Source of the DNA: Tubiluchus corallicola
Taxonomy: Eukaryota > Animalia > Priapulida
Direction: 5' to 3'
Assembly: GCA_030141605.1 (NCBI GenBank)
Contig: JAQGDQ010000822.1
Location: forward strand, 1-64,000
Length of the DNA: 64,000 nt
The notes below the pieces were generated by a model. It had not been told where the DNA came from. It saw only the letters and a list, made by a program, of their open reading frames with translations, and did no database searches. Both the position numbers and the translations under genes were made by a program. This document shows, in pieces, positions 39,471-54,164 of this stretch (positions are counted from its first letter, which is position 1; each line of letters opens with the position of its first letter).

Positions 39471-40147
39471 AGGACAAGAAAGGGGGTACCTGAAGTAAGT
39501 TTCAGAAAAATCGCGTTAAAAAATTATATTACTTTACAACATTTTTACGCGTACTCGCAATGAAAGAAATTTTAGTTTGTTTTCATTTTAAATCTCCCGC
39601 AATATTGTTCCGAAGTCGCCATTACACGACGTCATGTACCAAACGTAAATGAAGGGAAGAAAAGGCAATGTTAAATTATGTCTCAAAAGACTTTCCGTGC
39701 AAATCTATATTACTTAGCATTTCGCTTACCTACTAGAAAGACTTATGTAACTAGAAAAGAAAATTATTAAATATTTAAAATGTTTTCACCAATTGGTAAA
39801 ATGTCGCTGACTCACCCTCCAGGGTGCACCACTCACTAACCAAAAAACGTATTTTTAATCTTATTGACAAGATACAGTAATTTTAAATTTTATTTAGTTA
39901 GTGATGTGTGCGCTACGAATGCTCTGATTATTTTCTCAAACTTTACAAAATGTTATCTAAACTTGTTTCAAATGACCTGTCGTGAAAATGGCTGCGCCTA
40001 ACGGTCATCGCGGGAGTTTAAATTTACATGTTTTATACAGCGTGACTGCCGATTAAAGTCCTGCATGCAAAAAGGCTGTATGTAAGTGATATAAAATTTC
40101 AAAACGAATTTCTTAAGCTTTATGTTTATGAAGGGTTTTCTTGTGAT
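39471..40147 (+). mobile_element. Full-length Kolobok-like element, family A
   Basis: ttaa|aggacaagaa ... ttttcttgtgat|ttaa; close to 30171-30878. Confidence 0.85.
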
Positions 40148-40707
40148 TTAACGTCTTTACATTCCAATATCAAATACCTATCAACAGCAACCGTTTTCTG
40201 TAAAGCTCAAATTACTTTTGTGATTTAGACTTCCTCATTAAATTCTGAAGAACTAAAGACTAATTTTTGGCAGCAAATTAAAAATAAATATATTTTTCAT
40301 GAAACTTTCTTTAACGAGCGGTGTCAGAACTGTAAAATTCGTTCGTTTTACAAGAAAATTGTGCAAAGTTTGTCTGGTAGTACAGAAATGATCCCATTAT
40401 TATGATGAAGGTCACAGCTATTATCACAATGTAAAATCTCAACGTCTGAGCAAGTTATAATAACAGCCGAAATCTCACCCTACCCTACCCACCATCACAA
40501 GGACAGTGCTGGATTTAAATAATTTTATTTATTTAACCCCAGAACTATAAAGCACGCAACTTTTAGCTCAAGTGTTACATATTAAATTCGCGTTCGTCTA
40601 ATCAGCATAACATATTTATTTTCACATCTCTGTAGTCAATATTGCTGGAAATATAGCGTTTGTATTTGCTAAATCAAAGTTAATGCTAATTATTAATACT
40701 CTTTTAT

Positions 40708-41468
40708 TTCGTATTATAACACATACAGAGTTTCGTATTTCGTATTATAACATATACAGAGTTTCGTATTTCGTATTATAACATATACAGAGTTTCGTAT
40801 TTCGTATTATAACACATACAGCGTTTCGTATTTCGTATTATAACACATACAGCGTTTCGTATTTCGTATTATAACATATACAGAGTTTCGTATTTCGTAT
40901 TATAACATATACAGAGTTTCGTATTTCGTATTATAACACATACAGCGTTTCGTATTTCGTATTATAACACATACAGCGTTTCGTATTTCGTATTATAACA
41001 TATACAGAGTTTCGTATTTCGTATTATAACACATACAGAGTTTCGTATTTCGTATTATAACACATACAGCGTTTCGTATTTCGTATTATAACATATACAG
41101 AGTTTCGTATTTCGTATTATAACATATACAGAGTTTCGTATTTCGTATTATAACACATACAGAGTTTCGTATTTCGTATTATAACACATACAGAGTTTCG
41201 TATTTCGTATTATAACACATACAGCGTTTCGTATTTCGTATTATAACACATACAGCGTTTCGTATTTCGTATTATAACACATACAGCGTTTCGTATTTCG
41301 TATTATAACACATACAGCGTTTCGTATTTCGTATTATAACACATACAGGGTTGCGTATTTTGTATTATAACACATACAGGGTTGCGTATTTCGTATTATA
41401 ACACATACACCGTTTCGTATTTCGTATTATAACACATACAGCGTTTCGTATTTCGTATTATAACACAT
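40708..41468. repeat. 31-bp minisatellite, ~24 copies
   Basis: Unit ttcgtattataacacatacag(a/c)gtttcgtat. Confidence 0.96.
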
Positions 41469-41469
41469 A

Positions 41470-42152
41470 ACACATATTCATGTACACATATATACAAAAT
41501 ACACAACAATGGAATAGTTAGTATAAACATACAAAAAATGAAAGAAATTAGTGTGCATAAAATGAAGAATTTTTAAAATGACAATGATCATACATAATCG
41601 TACATGAAAATATCGTTAGTTTTCACATATCCTTCACAGATAATTTTGTAAACACAGATTAAAACACCAATAACTAGTTTTTTAACATTCATGTTAGCAA
41701 ACCTTAAAGAGAAGCCATACTTTCTTCTCAAGTGACAATGACTATCGTTAGTTAAAATACAACATTAAATGAACATTGTATTATATTAAAGTTGTATTAA
41801 TTTTCTACAATCAGTCAGAAAGTTTGTAGACATTGCACCACAATAATTCATTAAAACATTGTCACTTTCATTACGTCTATAATTAAAAATCTTCCTATAG
41901 GGTGCGTTCCAGCAAGCTTTTAAAATCTTTTCTTGCTCAAAAGATAATGAATTTATAGGTATTGCTAAGTATGTCGCAGACAGAGATAGGTTTATTTTTC
42001 TTGTCTTCCCACTTTTGTACGAACTACGAATTGTGATAATTACTGTACCTGTATTATATGTAAAACAATGTGAAATAATTCGTTCATTAAACAAATGTTG
42101 ATTATCTAAATAAATTATTTATCATTATTTAGGAACCAAATACTTAGGGCCT
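41470..42152 (-). mobile_element. LINE 3' fragment, interrupted by an RTE insertion
   Basis: KILKACWNAPYRKIFNY; similar to the 46891-47196 peptide KLKVAYNVSTRKLFNF. Confidence 0.6.
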
Positions 42153-42163
42153 ATGTAATCAGT

Positions 42164-42627
42164 CGATGGGCAGGACATGTGATTCGCATGCCAGACAACC
42201 GCACACCAAAGAAGATGCTCTATGGAGAACTTGTGTATGGAAAGAGAAAGGTTGGACGACCAAAGAAACGCTTCAAAGGCAGTCTGAAGGCCTCACTCAA
42301 GGAGCTCAGTATGGATATCCGCTCAATGGAAACCATTGCACAAGATCGCTCAGCATGGCGGAGTGCCATCACCACAAGGGCTAAGACAGCAGAGGCGAAA
42401 AGAATTGAGGAGGCAGAGGAGAAGCGCAGGAGACGCAAGGCATGTGACACTGCCCAACAACAGGTCCAAACACCCAGCCTCACCTGTGCCAAATGCCAAA
42501 GAAGTTTCCAGGCCAGAATTGGCCTAGTCAGTCACCTTCGAGCTCATCAAAGGAATGACAATCCCCCCAAACTGACCCTTTATCCCTGTCACTATGGTCG
42601 TCTTCGATTCGAAGGACGAACATCATC
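42164..42627 (+). mobile_element. 5'-truncated RTE LINE with 11-bp TSD
   Basis: RMPDNRTPKKMLYGEL...GRPKKRFK...AQDRSAWR...CAKCQRSFQARIGLVSHLRAH; (cat) tail; TSD atgtaatcagt at 42153-42163 and 42628-42638. Confidence 0.9.
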
Positions 42628-43689
42628 ATGTAATCAGTGTTAAATATTCTACTTGCACGTAATTTTTCGATTACCTTGGAAAATATAACCCAATATTTCT
42701 TTAATTGAGGAATTTATCAGCTTATATTACTGTAATATTATGAGTATGAGATACTGTACATAGGTCGCCATTATAGCATAAAAGTTAGACAACATTTATA
42801 AAGTATTAACTATCTAGATATATCTTCGTAATTATTTGGAAGGAATGAAGGATATAACTGAATTGTCATGGTGTGCGCTTGGATGCGAAGTTAAGCAATT
42901 TTGGGCCTGATTAGCTTATACAAGGGTGACCACCGAGACAGCTACTGTGTGGACCGTTTATGAATCGCATAGTTACTTTCCTGTTGAAAATGTTATTGTA
43001 TTAGGACACGGCTAAGACATCTCTGCCTGTTTGTTGTCTTTCCTCGGATTACACTTAAAATTGACCTAAGTTTCGGTCCTGCTGCAGCGGTTTACATATG
43101 TAGACTCTGCTATTAAGGTACTGGGCTTCGGTTTGCAGTGTTATGAGTTGTAATAAAACTGGACACATATTTCGTTTGAATGTGGAAACGGAAACAGCAA
43201 TGCAGTAATCCGTTTTATCCATAAAACTCAAGCACGCATTGTTATAAAATATCAGAACTTGGCATGACACTTGATAAGACCATTAGGCATTTTATCCTTG
43301 ATTTATATTTAGATTTCTTGCTTATCTTTTGTACTTTAAACTCTTTCGATCAAGTTCGGTTTCGAAATGCGTGTAGATTCAATCATTAATTCGCATTACA
43401 TTTTGATATTAATTTTTTAGGTAAATACATAAAACAACATACATAAATAATTCCGGCATTATTATTGGTAAGTTTGATACGTATATAACGCGCGGCTGCA
43501 TATGTTACACGGCTACTATAATTATATTTATATATTTATTCATTTCATTTGTTCTATATTTCTGCTATCTCTCTATATCTGCGATATGTCTTAAAATATT
43601 CAAATTTTATTTACGTATAGAACATTCCATAAAAATAGATTGACACTTTCTTGTATATATTTGTTTTTTTTAAATAAAGAATTGTAAAA

Positions 43690-43820
43690 AAATAATAATA
43701 ATATTGATAATGATGATGATGGTGATGATGATGATGATGATGATGATGATAATGATGATGATGATAATGATGACGATGATGATGAAGAAGAAGAAGATGA
43801 TGATGATGATGCTGATGATG

Positions 43821-43854
<34 letters not shown>

Positions 43855-43867
43855 TAATAATAATAAT
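43690..43867. repeat. (ATG)/(AAG)/(ATA) microsatellite
   Basis: Directly visible. Confidence 0.93.
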
Positions 43868-43907
43868 TGCACAGCTCTCGTCTTATTAACACTAGTTATT
43901 GCTTTAA

Positions 43908-44568
43908 AGGACAAGAAAAGGGGTACCTGAAGTAGGTTTCAGAAAAATCGCCTTAAAAAATTATACTACTTTACAGCAATTTTATGCACATATCGTATTC
44001 GCGTTGAAAAGAATTTTCGTTTGTTTTCATTTTAAATCTCCCGCAATACTGTTCCGACGGCGCCATTACGTGACGTCATAACGCAAACGTAAATCATCAG
44101 GAGAAAAAAAGGCAATGTTAAATTATGTCCCAAAATACTTTCCGTGCAAATCTATATTACTTAGCATTTCACTTACCATGTAACTAGACTAATAATTTAA
44201 AATGTTTGGGCCAATTGGTAAAATGTCGTTGACTCACTATCCAGGGTGCGCCACTCACTAACCAAAAACGTATTTTTAATCTTATTGACAAGATACAGTA
44301 ATTTAAAATTTTACTTAATTAGCAACATGTGCGCTACGAATGCTCTGATTATTTTTTCAAACTTTATTTAATGTTATCAAAACTTGTTTCAAACGACCTA
44401 CCATAAAAATGGCTGCGCCTAACGGTCATCGCGGGAGTTTAAATTTACATGTTTTATACAGCGTTACGGCTGATGCAAGCCATGTATACGAAAGGGTAGT
44501 ATGTAAGTGGTATAAAATTTCAGGACGGATTTTTTAAGCTTTACGTAAGTGGAGGGTTTTCTTGTGTT
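43908..44568 (+). mobile_element. Full-length Kolobok-like element, family A
   Basis: ttaa|aggacaagaaaagggg ... ttttcttgtgtt|ttaa. Confidence 0.85.
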
Positions 44569-45044
44569 TTAAATAATACTAAGAACATGTTGGTAAAGTT
44601 TCAGCAATTATCGCACAGTGCAGAGATATACGCAGTCATACAGCAACTAAATTGAAAAACAAGACTTTTCAGCAGAGCTCTTCAGTGTCTACTTCTGCAA
44701 TTATAGCAAAACATTACGTAAAAGCACAAAACTAAAATTGTTGCTGAAAGCAGCCATGTTTGTTAGTGAATAAAACTAGCCCTTGATTCAGTAGTTAAAA
44801 CAGAGACAAGTTAGTAGCATGTTCTTTTTGTCTACATAAAATTGGATCTTTAAAATTTATGATTATTGCTTCCAAAATTTGAGATGAAAATCTGATCTGC
44901 ACTTGTATATAATTTTGAAATTTGAATCATTGTAATTAACTGCACATGACTGATTGTTGTGAAGATGCTGTGCTTCGGGGCAGATGTAGCTTCGTCTTGT
45001 GTCATAACTGAATTGTGTTATTATTACTGTGGCTGTGCAATTGG

Positions 45045-45066
45045 TTATTATTATTATTATTATTAA

Positions 45067-45158
<92 letters not shown>
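45045..45158. repeat. (TTA)n microsatellite
   Basis: Directly visible. Confidence 0.95.
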
Positions 45159-45160
<2 letters not shown>

Positions 45161-45352
45161 TTAATATTTTTCAGTTTATAAAACTGTATAGACATAAACT
45201 GATTATAACACAACATTGTTCATCAGTTTTGAAATAAATTTCTGTTCGAACGTTTAGATGGTCACCAAAATCAGAAGTCAGAAGCTATTTTACACATTAC
45301 GAAGAGCTAACAGGTGATCTAATTTACAAGTATATTGATGTTCTCTCTTGTA

Positions 45353-45498
45353 GCCAGTTATAACCATCTTGCCAGTTTTAACTATCTTCCCAGTTATAAC
45401 CATCTAGTCAGTTTTAACCATCTTGTCAGTTTTAACCATCTTGTCAGTTTTAACCATCTTGCCAGTTTTAACCATCTTGTCAGTTTTAACCATCTTGC
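45353..45498. repeat. 18-bp minisatellite, ~8 copies
   Basis: Unit ttgtcagttttaaccatc. Confidence 0.92.
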
Positions 45499-45763
45499 TA
45501 CTTTTAAGTTTATCACTTCTTGTGCAAGTTGATTAACGTCGCTTTGCTTAGAAAGTTCAAGTATCCTTGTTGAGACCCTTTGATCCTGCTGGCGACATGG
45601 CAATTTTGTACGAAGGCAGAGGAAAGAGTTAACTTTGACAAAAGCAAAGCGAAAGTCAGTCATCGCTTTTTGAACTTTTTTTAAAAATTTGCCTTCGAAA
45701 ACCAGTGCCCTGATTTTATAACGATTTTGCAATTTAAACAGTTGTGTACGTAGTGTCTAGGGC

Positions 45764-46243
45764 CAGGGCCTATTTCATGGGGGGGGGGGGAGTGGGGATA
45801 CTTCCCCTGGGCCTCACCCTCCTGGGGGGCCTCGCACCGAGGTAACATTTTTTGCTTTATGTGAACATACTGCCTCCGCTCTCCCCCTCTCTCTCTCTCT
45901 CTCTCTCTCCCCCCTCTCTCTCTCTCTCTCCCCCTCTCTCTCTCTTGCCGCACGCGCGCCGTTTGCCTTGAGCGGCTCGGTGCCGATGTTCAGCTGTTTT
46001 CAATTTCGGAATTTCTAACACCGAACGATTACCCGATTGCAAGATTGCTATTTGACAAGTATTAAGAACTGGTCTTGAGAATAAATCAGTTTTTCTTTCA
46101 ATTGTTCTTTCCTTTAACAACTGTATAACTCCATATTTTCTCTTTGAAAATGCTTCTCCGGCGTTCTAGCAGTTCAAAAATTTAGTCAATTCAATTCACA
46201 CGCCCCACTTCCCCGGGCCTCGCTTAGGCTGAAATAGGACCTG
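45764..46243. mobile_element. hAT-type MITE with 8-bp TSD
   Basis: TIRs cagggcctatttca / tgaaataggacctg; TSD tctagggc on both sides. Confidence 0.88.
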
Positions 46244-46561
46244 TCTAGGGCTCTTATTTACTGGTAAATGGAACGTTCTACATACATTTCCCCAGTTGAG
46301 TGGAACCAGACTGTGTGTTTTTTCATGACCCGTGGAGTCACTTATTTCAAAAAACAGTAAACGATCCAACGAAAATTTCATCCTGGATTTAAAGATGAAA
46401 ATTCTCAACGTGTACCCAACTAATTTGGTCTTGTTGGTGTTTAACAGAAACAGCAGTAGTTCCTAAATTTGAGATCAAACCCTCAATGAAAAAATTTACT
46501 GAATTTACAGCAAGGATAATACCTTCCCGAGGGCCAACAAAGTTTTTTTCTAATTTTTTTC

Positions 46562-46715
46562 TGGATGACGTCAGAACAATGGCTTTGCGTCAACAGTTTT
46601 CTAAGCGAAAATTGTCAAAAATAGAACATCTAATTAACTCATCGGTACTCCTCAGGAAGGAAGCGTCCTAAAATATAGCCCACATCATCGTGTACCCCTG
46701 TTCTTCCTCTTTCTA
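46562..46715 (+). repeat. Dispersed repeat (second copy 57540-57690), probably retroelement-derived
   Basis: ggatgacgtcagaacaatggctttgc...atagaacatctaattaactc...cctgttcttcctctttcta shared between the two sites. Confidence 0.75.
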
Positions 46716-46779
46716 AAGAGCTATATATCTCCTTCCGAGAGTTACACTAAGCGCCGCTAGAACGTTTTTTCTATGTACC

Positions 46780-47655
<876 letters not shown>

Positions 47656-48291
47656 ATAGGCTGTTTGGTCAAAATTGTTCCTCCACGATCGGAAAGCCAA
47701 GCATTTTCCCTACTCATACTGAATCACTTAACCACTTTTGACGTAAATTCGCGAATTATTTATACCAAATTTAGTATTTCAATTAAAAAGAGCTGCTACT
47801 CATTCAGTGTGCGTCTAGTATTCTTAAAATCTATAGCGTTTTGTGTGTTGACACCGGAATTGCATTTGACACAATAGGAAGAACTTCCCGGATTTCAATC
47901 TACTGTTGGAGTCAGCGTGGGAAGCTGAACAGCTGGCTAAATACTAGCATCCCTCTATGTGGAATAATCCTCATCCCCGCCACTCACCGATGTCTTATAC
48001 TGTTGGACAAGCTGCGGTAAATCAAAGATTCCAATTGAGGGCTTCAGGAAGAATTATTGCGTCTTGAAAGCTGTGGCGTATCCATGCACGGGTAGTTGAA
48101 AACATTCAGGACTTTCGCAAAAACAAAGCATCAGATGCTCATCTAAGTGAATCATCGCCGCTGCTTGGACAGCAGTTTGAAAATAACCAAGAATGACGTC
48201 AAAATTCTAGAACATTCGTTTCAAACAACCGCCCATACATTAGTGGTGTCTATTATTCATAAAGTGATATGATCAGTGGAGGTATGATCAT

Positions 48292-48428
48292 CAGTTTAGC
48301 GTGGGCGGTGTTACACATTGTGTTAGTAACTGTGTTAAGTTTAGCGTGGGCGGTGTTACACATTGTGTTAGTAACTGTGTTAAGTTTAGCGTGGGCGTTG
48401 TTACACATTGTGTTAGTAACTGTGTTAG
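48292..48428. repeat. 45-bp tandem repeat, 3 copies
   Basis: Unit agtttagcgtgggcggtgttacacattgtgttagtaactgtgtta. Confidence 0.92.
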
Positions 48429-48504
48429 TAGTTACATGCTCGCTAAAAACAGATATAAAACGTTAGTCCTATTTATTTATTTGTTTGTTAACTAATTAAT
48501 TAAT

Positions 48505-48958
48505 TTATTCATTCATTCATTCGTTCGTTCATTCGTTCATTTGTTCATTCGTTTATTCATTCATTCTCATTCATTCCATTCGATTCATTCATTTATTTAT
48601 TCATTCATTCACCCATCCATCCATTCATTCATTGATTCATTCATTCATTCATTCATTCATTCATTCATTCATTCATTCATTCATTCATTCATTCATTCAT
48701 AAATTCATTCATTCATTTATTCATTCATTCATTCATTCGTCCATCCATCCATTCATTCGTTCATTCATTCATACATTCGTTCATTCATTTATCCATCCAT
48801 TCATTCATTTACTCATCCATTCATTCATTCGTTCGTTCGTTCGTTCGTTCGTTCTTTCGTTCGCTCCTTCGTTCATTCATTCATTCATTCATTCATCCAT
48901 CCATCCATCCATCCATCCATCCATCCATTCATTCATTCATTCATTCATTCATTCATTT
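48505..48958. repeat. (ATTC)/(GTTC)/(ATCC) microsatellite
   Basis: Directly visible. Confidence 0.95.
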
Positions 48959-49299
48959 GGTTAATTGCTTTCACGTAATTAACAGTGCAGTCTCTAGTAA
49001 ACGAACAATTTAACAGTTGAAAACTCTAGCGGCTGAAAATGCGACCTGCAATAGTAAGGTCCTGGGTTCGAATACCGGTTAGTTACCATTACCTTAATTG
49101 TTCATTATACACAAGAATCTTTGGAAAATGATTCTTGACTCCTTTGGCAAATGATTTCATTGATGATGATATAATAATAAAACACTGATGAAGATTAGAC
49201 ACGCGGGGGTGGTGGCAGTGGCGGTGATGACGTCATTGACGTCAAGCATATTGGTCTATCGCTCCTCCTCCGCTGTGACGTAGGCACGATGAGCGGTAT

Positions 49300-49504
49300 A
49301 GCGGTATTCGGGACATCAGCTCACGCTGAGCGGTATTCGGGACATCAGCTCACGCTGAGCGGTATTCGGGACATCAGCTCACGCTGAGCGGTATTCGGGA
49401 CATCAGCTCACGCTGAGCGATATTCGGGACATTCAGCTCACGCTGAGCGGTATTCGGGACATCAGCTCACGCTGAGCGATATTCGGGACATTCAGCTCAC
49501 GCTG
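49300..49504. repeat. 29-bp minisatellite, ~7 copies
   Basis: Unit gagcggtattcgggacatcagctcacgct. Confidence 0.93.
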
Positions 49505-51103
49505 GACAACAACTGTCATTAGTAAATAACATGCCAATTAATGTCTAATCAGCAAATAAACTGATTGCACTTTTTCATAAACACAAATATGCAGAGCAGC
49601 AGCTATTTCAACACGAAATTAACACTTCAAGTAGCTAAAAAATGACTTTTCTATTTAAACAGAATGTAGAGACGAAATTTCACAGCACTACAAAATACAG
49701 AAAGTATAATAAAGAAACTAAGCCACTTAGCCTTGCTTTAAAATAAATGAGCAACAAAAATATTAAGTTTCTCTTGCCTTTTAAACATACGAACATCAAG
49801 CCTGCGATTATTTTTTCTATATTAATTAATCATGTGCTCGACTGCAAGATTTATTAAGTCTTTGTATTTTTCCGTTTGTTAAGTTAAGAAAATGGAATAA
49901 AGATGACTGTTTCCTTCCATAGGCGCCCTTATATTGAATGCCCGAATTACATAAGTCCCAATTGCATCTTTTAACCTTGATTATAATCAGAAAAATAACG
50001 TAAAATTAATTAATATTACATTGATGTATATTATAAGTTTTGACCACTTTTGTAAATTAATTTGGATCGTGAAAGTCTCATTGATACCCAGCTGCATCTA
50101 AATAGCCCGAAAGCGTTAAGTAAGCTCTGTAGGGGTGTGAAAAATCTTGCACGCTGATTGGGCTGTCAACGAGAATGATTGACGTTATGCTTGACGTCAT
50201 CTCTGGGTTGTGGTAGTGACAATGACAATGGGTAGTGAACGGTGGTGGATAATGATGATGACGATGACGACTGATGATAATGACAATGTGACAGAGGTGA
50301 TAATGAAGGTCACGATCATAATAATGATGACGATGACGACGATGATGGCGATAACGTTGATTACGGTGGATAATGATGATAATGATGACAACTGTTATCT
50401 GAAATAATTGTATTTACTTGGAAAATTTCTACGTAATTTTAACACTACAAGAGAGGGTAGGTACAAGAGAGGGTTTGGTCGCTCCGGCGTCCCATCTGAA
50501 CCGGATAGTTAAACCTTTGATCACTTGGGTAGCTTTGTCCTGTTTGGCTTCATCTGGTGAAACCAATTTCCTATCTCCTGTAACAAGTTGGCTTTTCTGC
50601 CAGCATAGGTCACTTATTCGATTCGCGTTTGTAATTGAGTGTCGGATTTGAGTAAGCCAATCAGATTCTGAGTAGGAATGGGCCCGATCAGTGACTCTGG
50701 TTATGAAAGAAGCTTAATGCTCTTTACATAAAAGCACGACGCGTGTTGAGAATCGATCATATTTATATTAGTTCTGAAGCTTTTGATCCCCAGCATGAAG
50801 AGGCTGAGGAGGCTGAGGAGGCTTTGCCCGGAAACAAAAAACATTAAAAACAAATTAGCATTTTTCCGCATCCAGAGTATTTGAATCGCAGTTCTATTTT
50901 CTCCAAAATCACATCGTGTTTTCTGGTTAACATTAGCTGCACAGTATGAAAGTGATCTTAGTGATAAAAGTGATCTTAGTGATAAAAGTGATCTTCGTGA
51001 TAAAAGTGATCTCAGTTTACTTTTTGGGTTTTCTCTTACACTTGTTGCAAATGGGCCTTTTATTGAAACACATCGCAACACAAGTTTTACATCTACTGTC
51101 TAA

Positions 51104-51894
51104 CGGCGCGTTCACACTACTGTCTAACGGCTTGTTCACACTACTGTCTAACGGCGTGTTCACACTACTGTCTAACGGCACGTTCACACTACTGTCTAAC
51201 GGCGTGTTCACACTACTGTCTAACGGCACGTTCACACTACTGTCTAACGGCACGTTCACACTATCACGAGATTTCTGTCGCAAGTTTTCTCTTTGACAGC
51301 AAACTCGCAGTGCGAACAGCTTTGTGAGTTACTGTCGGCAAGTTATTGCAAACTCTCCAACAGTTGCTGTGAGTTGATTTCCTGCGAGTTACTGTCTAGT
51401 GTGAACGAACGCCCGGGCGAGTTACTCTCGACATTTCTCACAGTGAATAGGGAAGTGAGTGCCAGCTCGCGCTTACTCTCAGAGAGTAACTCGCAGCAAG
51501 TTTTGCTCTCTAGTCTGAACACGGTCATGAGTTACTGTCTTGTGTGAACACGTCACGAGTTACTGTCTAGTGTAAACGCCTGGGCTAGTTACTCTCGACA
51601 TTTCTCACAGTGAATAGGGAAGTAAGTGCCAGTTCACGCTTACTCTCAGAGAGTAAGTTGCTGCAAGTTTTGCTCTCTTGTCTGAACACGGTCACGAGTT
51701 ACTGTCTAGTCTGAACACGGTCACGAGTTACTGTCTAGTGTGAACACACTCACGAGTTACTGTCTAATGTGAACACACTTGCGAGTTACTGTCTAGTGTG
51801 AACACGCTCACGAGTTACTGTCTAATGTGAACACGCTCGCGAGTTACTTGGCGATATACTTCGCGAAAAAAACTCGTTAGTCTACACGCGCCAT
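51104..51894. mobile_element. PIF/Harbinger-like MITE with internal tandem repeats
   Basis: taa|cggcgcgttcacact ... agtctacacgcgcca|taa; 27-bp repeats at the left end, gagttactgtctagtgtgaac repeats at the right end. Confidence 0.65.
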
Positions 51895-52363
51895 AATAGG
51901 GGAGCCACGAATAACTTGAGAGATCCAATCAGAGACACGTCTAAGACATGATTCACACTGATTTGTAGTCTGGGGATTAAACATTCTGCTGTTTATTACA
52001 CTGACAACGGTCTATTGCCTCTCCAATCGGCTGGAAAATTCAATTTACGGCAACGACATTATCTCTACACACCAGCCGCTTTGTAATGAGATGTAAACGG
52101 CTTTTTAATACAAACGACTGTCAGAATTGACTTCAAGGGGCTTTTGAAGTCAAGTCAATTGTAAGAAACAATATTTATTGCCATGTTTCGAACAGTAGCT
52201 TAGCACTAACATTAAGTAAACGTTCGTTAATTAGTCAAGAGTTAATTAAATCAGTCAATGTCTGCAAAACTATGACAAAATTACGTTTATAGTTTTATAC
52301 GTTATTACGCTAAACTATGACCTTTTCTCTAAAGGCTGTAAAGATAATAACGGTCATCCAATA

Positions 52364-53385
52364 TTGCCGAATTGTAACTGTGGATTTCGATTTGAATCTG
52401 TTGAACACTTTTTGTTGCACTGCCCATTGTATCAACTAGCTAGGGTTGTTATGTTTGATAAATTAAACGAAATACTTCTGCCCGAAAACCTTAATATAGC
52501 TGCCTTAGGAAATAATGATCTGTTGAAGTTGTTATTATTCGGAAAAGATGAATTTAACTATGTTGCTAACTGTAAAATATTCCAATGTATACATGACTTT
52601 ATATTACGTACTAAACGCTTCCATTAGTTTCTATCTGATATGAAGTGCATCAGTCTTAAATATTCGTACATTAATATTTTCTAAAAGTCATTTTCTACTA
52701 ATGTATAATGTAATCCTGCAGCAAAACTTGTCAGCTTGTGTAGTTATAGTCTATTCTTACTGTAAATGTTACTAATATCTAATGTAATCTTGTAGTAAAA
52801 CTTGTCAGCTTGTGTAGTTTTAGTCTATTCTTACTGCAAATGTTACTAATGTCTAATGTAATCTTGTAGTAAAACTTGTCAGCTTGTGTAGTTATAGTCT
52901 ATTCTTACTGTAAATGTTACTAATGTCTAATGTAATCTTGTAGTAAAACTTGTCAGCTTGTGTAGTTATAGTCTATTCTTACTGTAAATGTTACAAATGT
53001 CTAATGTATTCTTGTAGTAAAACTTGTCAGCTTGTGTAGTTATAGTCTATTCTTACTGTAAATGTTACAAATGTCTAATGTAATCTTGTAGTAAAACTTG
53101 TCAGCTCGTGTAGTTATAGTCTATTCTTACTGTAAATGTTACAAATGTCTAATGTAATCTTGTAGTAAAACTTGTCAGCTTGTGTAGTTATAGTCTATTC
53201 TTACTGTAAATGTTACTAATGTCTAATGTACTCTTGTAGTAAAACTTGTCAGCTTGTGTAGTTGTAGTCTATTCTTACTGTAAATGTTCTTGTAAATAGT
53301 CTATAAAGTCTGTTGTGGTGAGGATCCTAAATCATGTTGTTCAAACTGTCTGATCCAATCCTAAATAAATTATGTTTAAACTAAA
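52364..53385 (+). mobile_element. CR1-like LINE 3' end carrying an expanded 74-bp array (~8 copies, 52700-53290) in its 3' UTR
   Basis: CNCGFRFESVEHFLLHCPLY...RTKRFH*; same 3' terminus as 31400-31863. Confidence 0.87.
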
Positions 53386-53917
53386 TTACGTTAAAATTAC
53401 TTTTTAAAAGTTAATTAAATCAAACATAATGATAATATAAACTTTATATCGCTGGTAAATGAATTAATTAATCAAGTGAATTTAAATTGGTCATGCAAAG
53501 ATATGGTAATATATTATAATATTTTTAATAAGCTTATAATACTAGTACTACTACAATCATTTTCGTTGACTGCCCAATCAGCGTGGAAGTTATTTCACAC
53601 ACCCCTGCAGCAGGTACGTTCGGGACATTTAGCTACAGCTCCTTTGTAACACTGTCATGAAAAATGCTCAACTTTTCATTAGTTAGCGGGAGAAATATTA
53701 GCCTGGTTCTAGATTTTATTATTGTCAATTGAAATTGCAAGTGAATTGGTGGAAATATATAGTCTAGTTTCGTTTGTAGGAAGAAATGCACAACGCTTAC
53801 GTCTATAAGTTGCTGATTAAACCATTTTGCAATCAAGAAAATATGCAGTTTAGTTAAGTTTATGGCTTTACAAGTTAGATAAAAACAACTATTTGATTAA
53901 CTTTATTTATTTATTGT

Positions 53918-54163
53918 TTATTGTTTACACAACTTCGCGGGATGCATTCTTTTCATACCTTTTCTGAATTCTTTCAAACGAAAAGCGTAAATAAATACAT
54001 TTGTAACGCTGTTAATTTCTCCCAGTAACAGAAAACCTACCAACTGTTTCATGTCCGTGTTTCATGTTGCTTAGTCCGGTATGATACAAAAGACGTTTGA
54101 TAAAAAACGGATACCATAGCAAGAAGTAAAGACCAACGTTCATAGCAACAGTCACAGCCAGTT
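53918..54163 (-). pseudogene. Truncated GPCR copy (TM6 to C-terminus only, 4-bp frameshift)
   Basis: Near-identical to 55664-55905 with an extra tttc near 54060; shares the 3' flank 53555-53917. Confidence 0.88.
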
Positions 54164-54164
54164 G

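Noticed and set aside
49025-49090. tRNA-like sequence (ggttcgaatacc); similar B-box motifs at 14965 and 26520
   Set aside because: No complete cloverleaf; at most SINE remnants.
49185-49210. Other CTGATGA motifs (also 24731, 33334)
   Set aside because: No stem II followed by GAAA, so not hammerheads.
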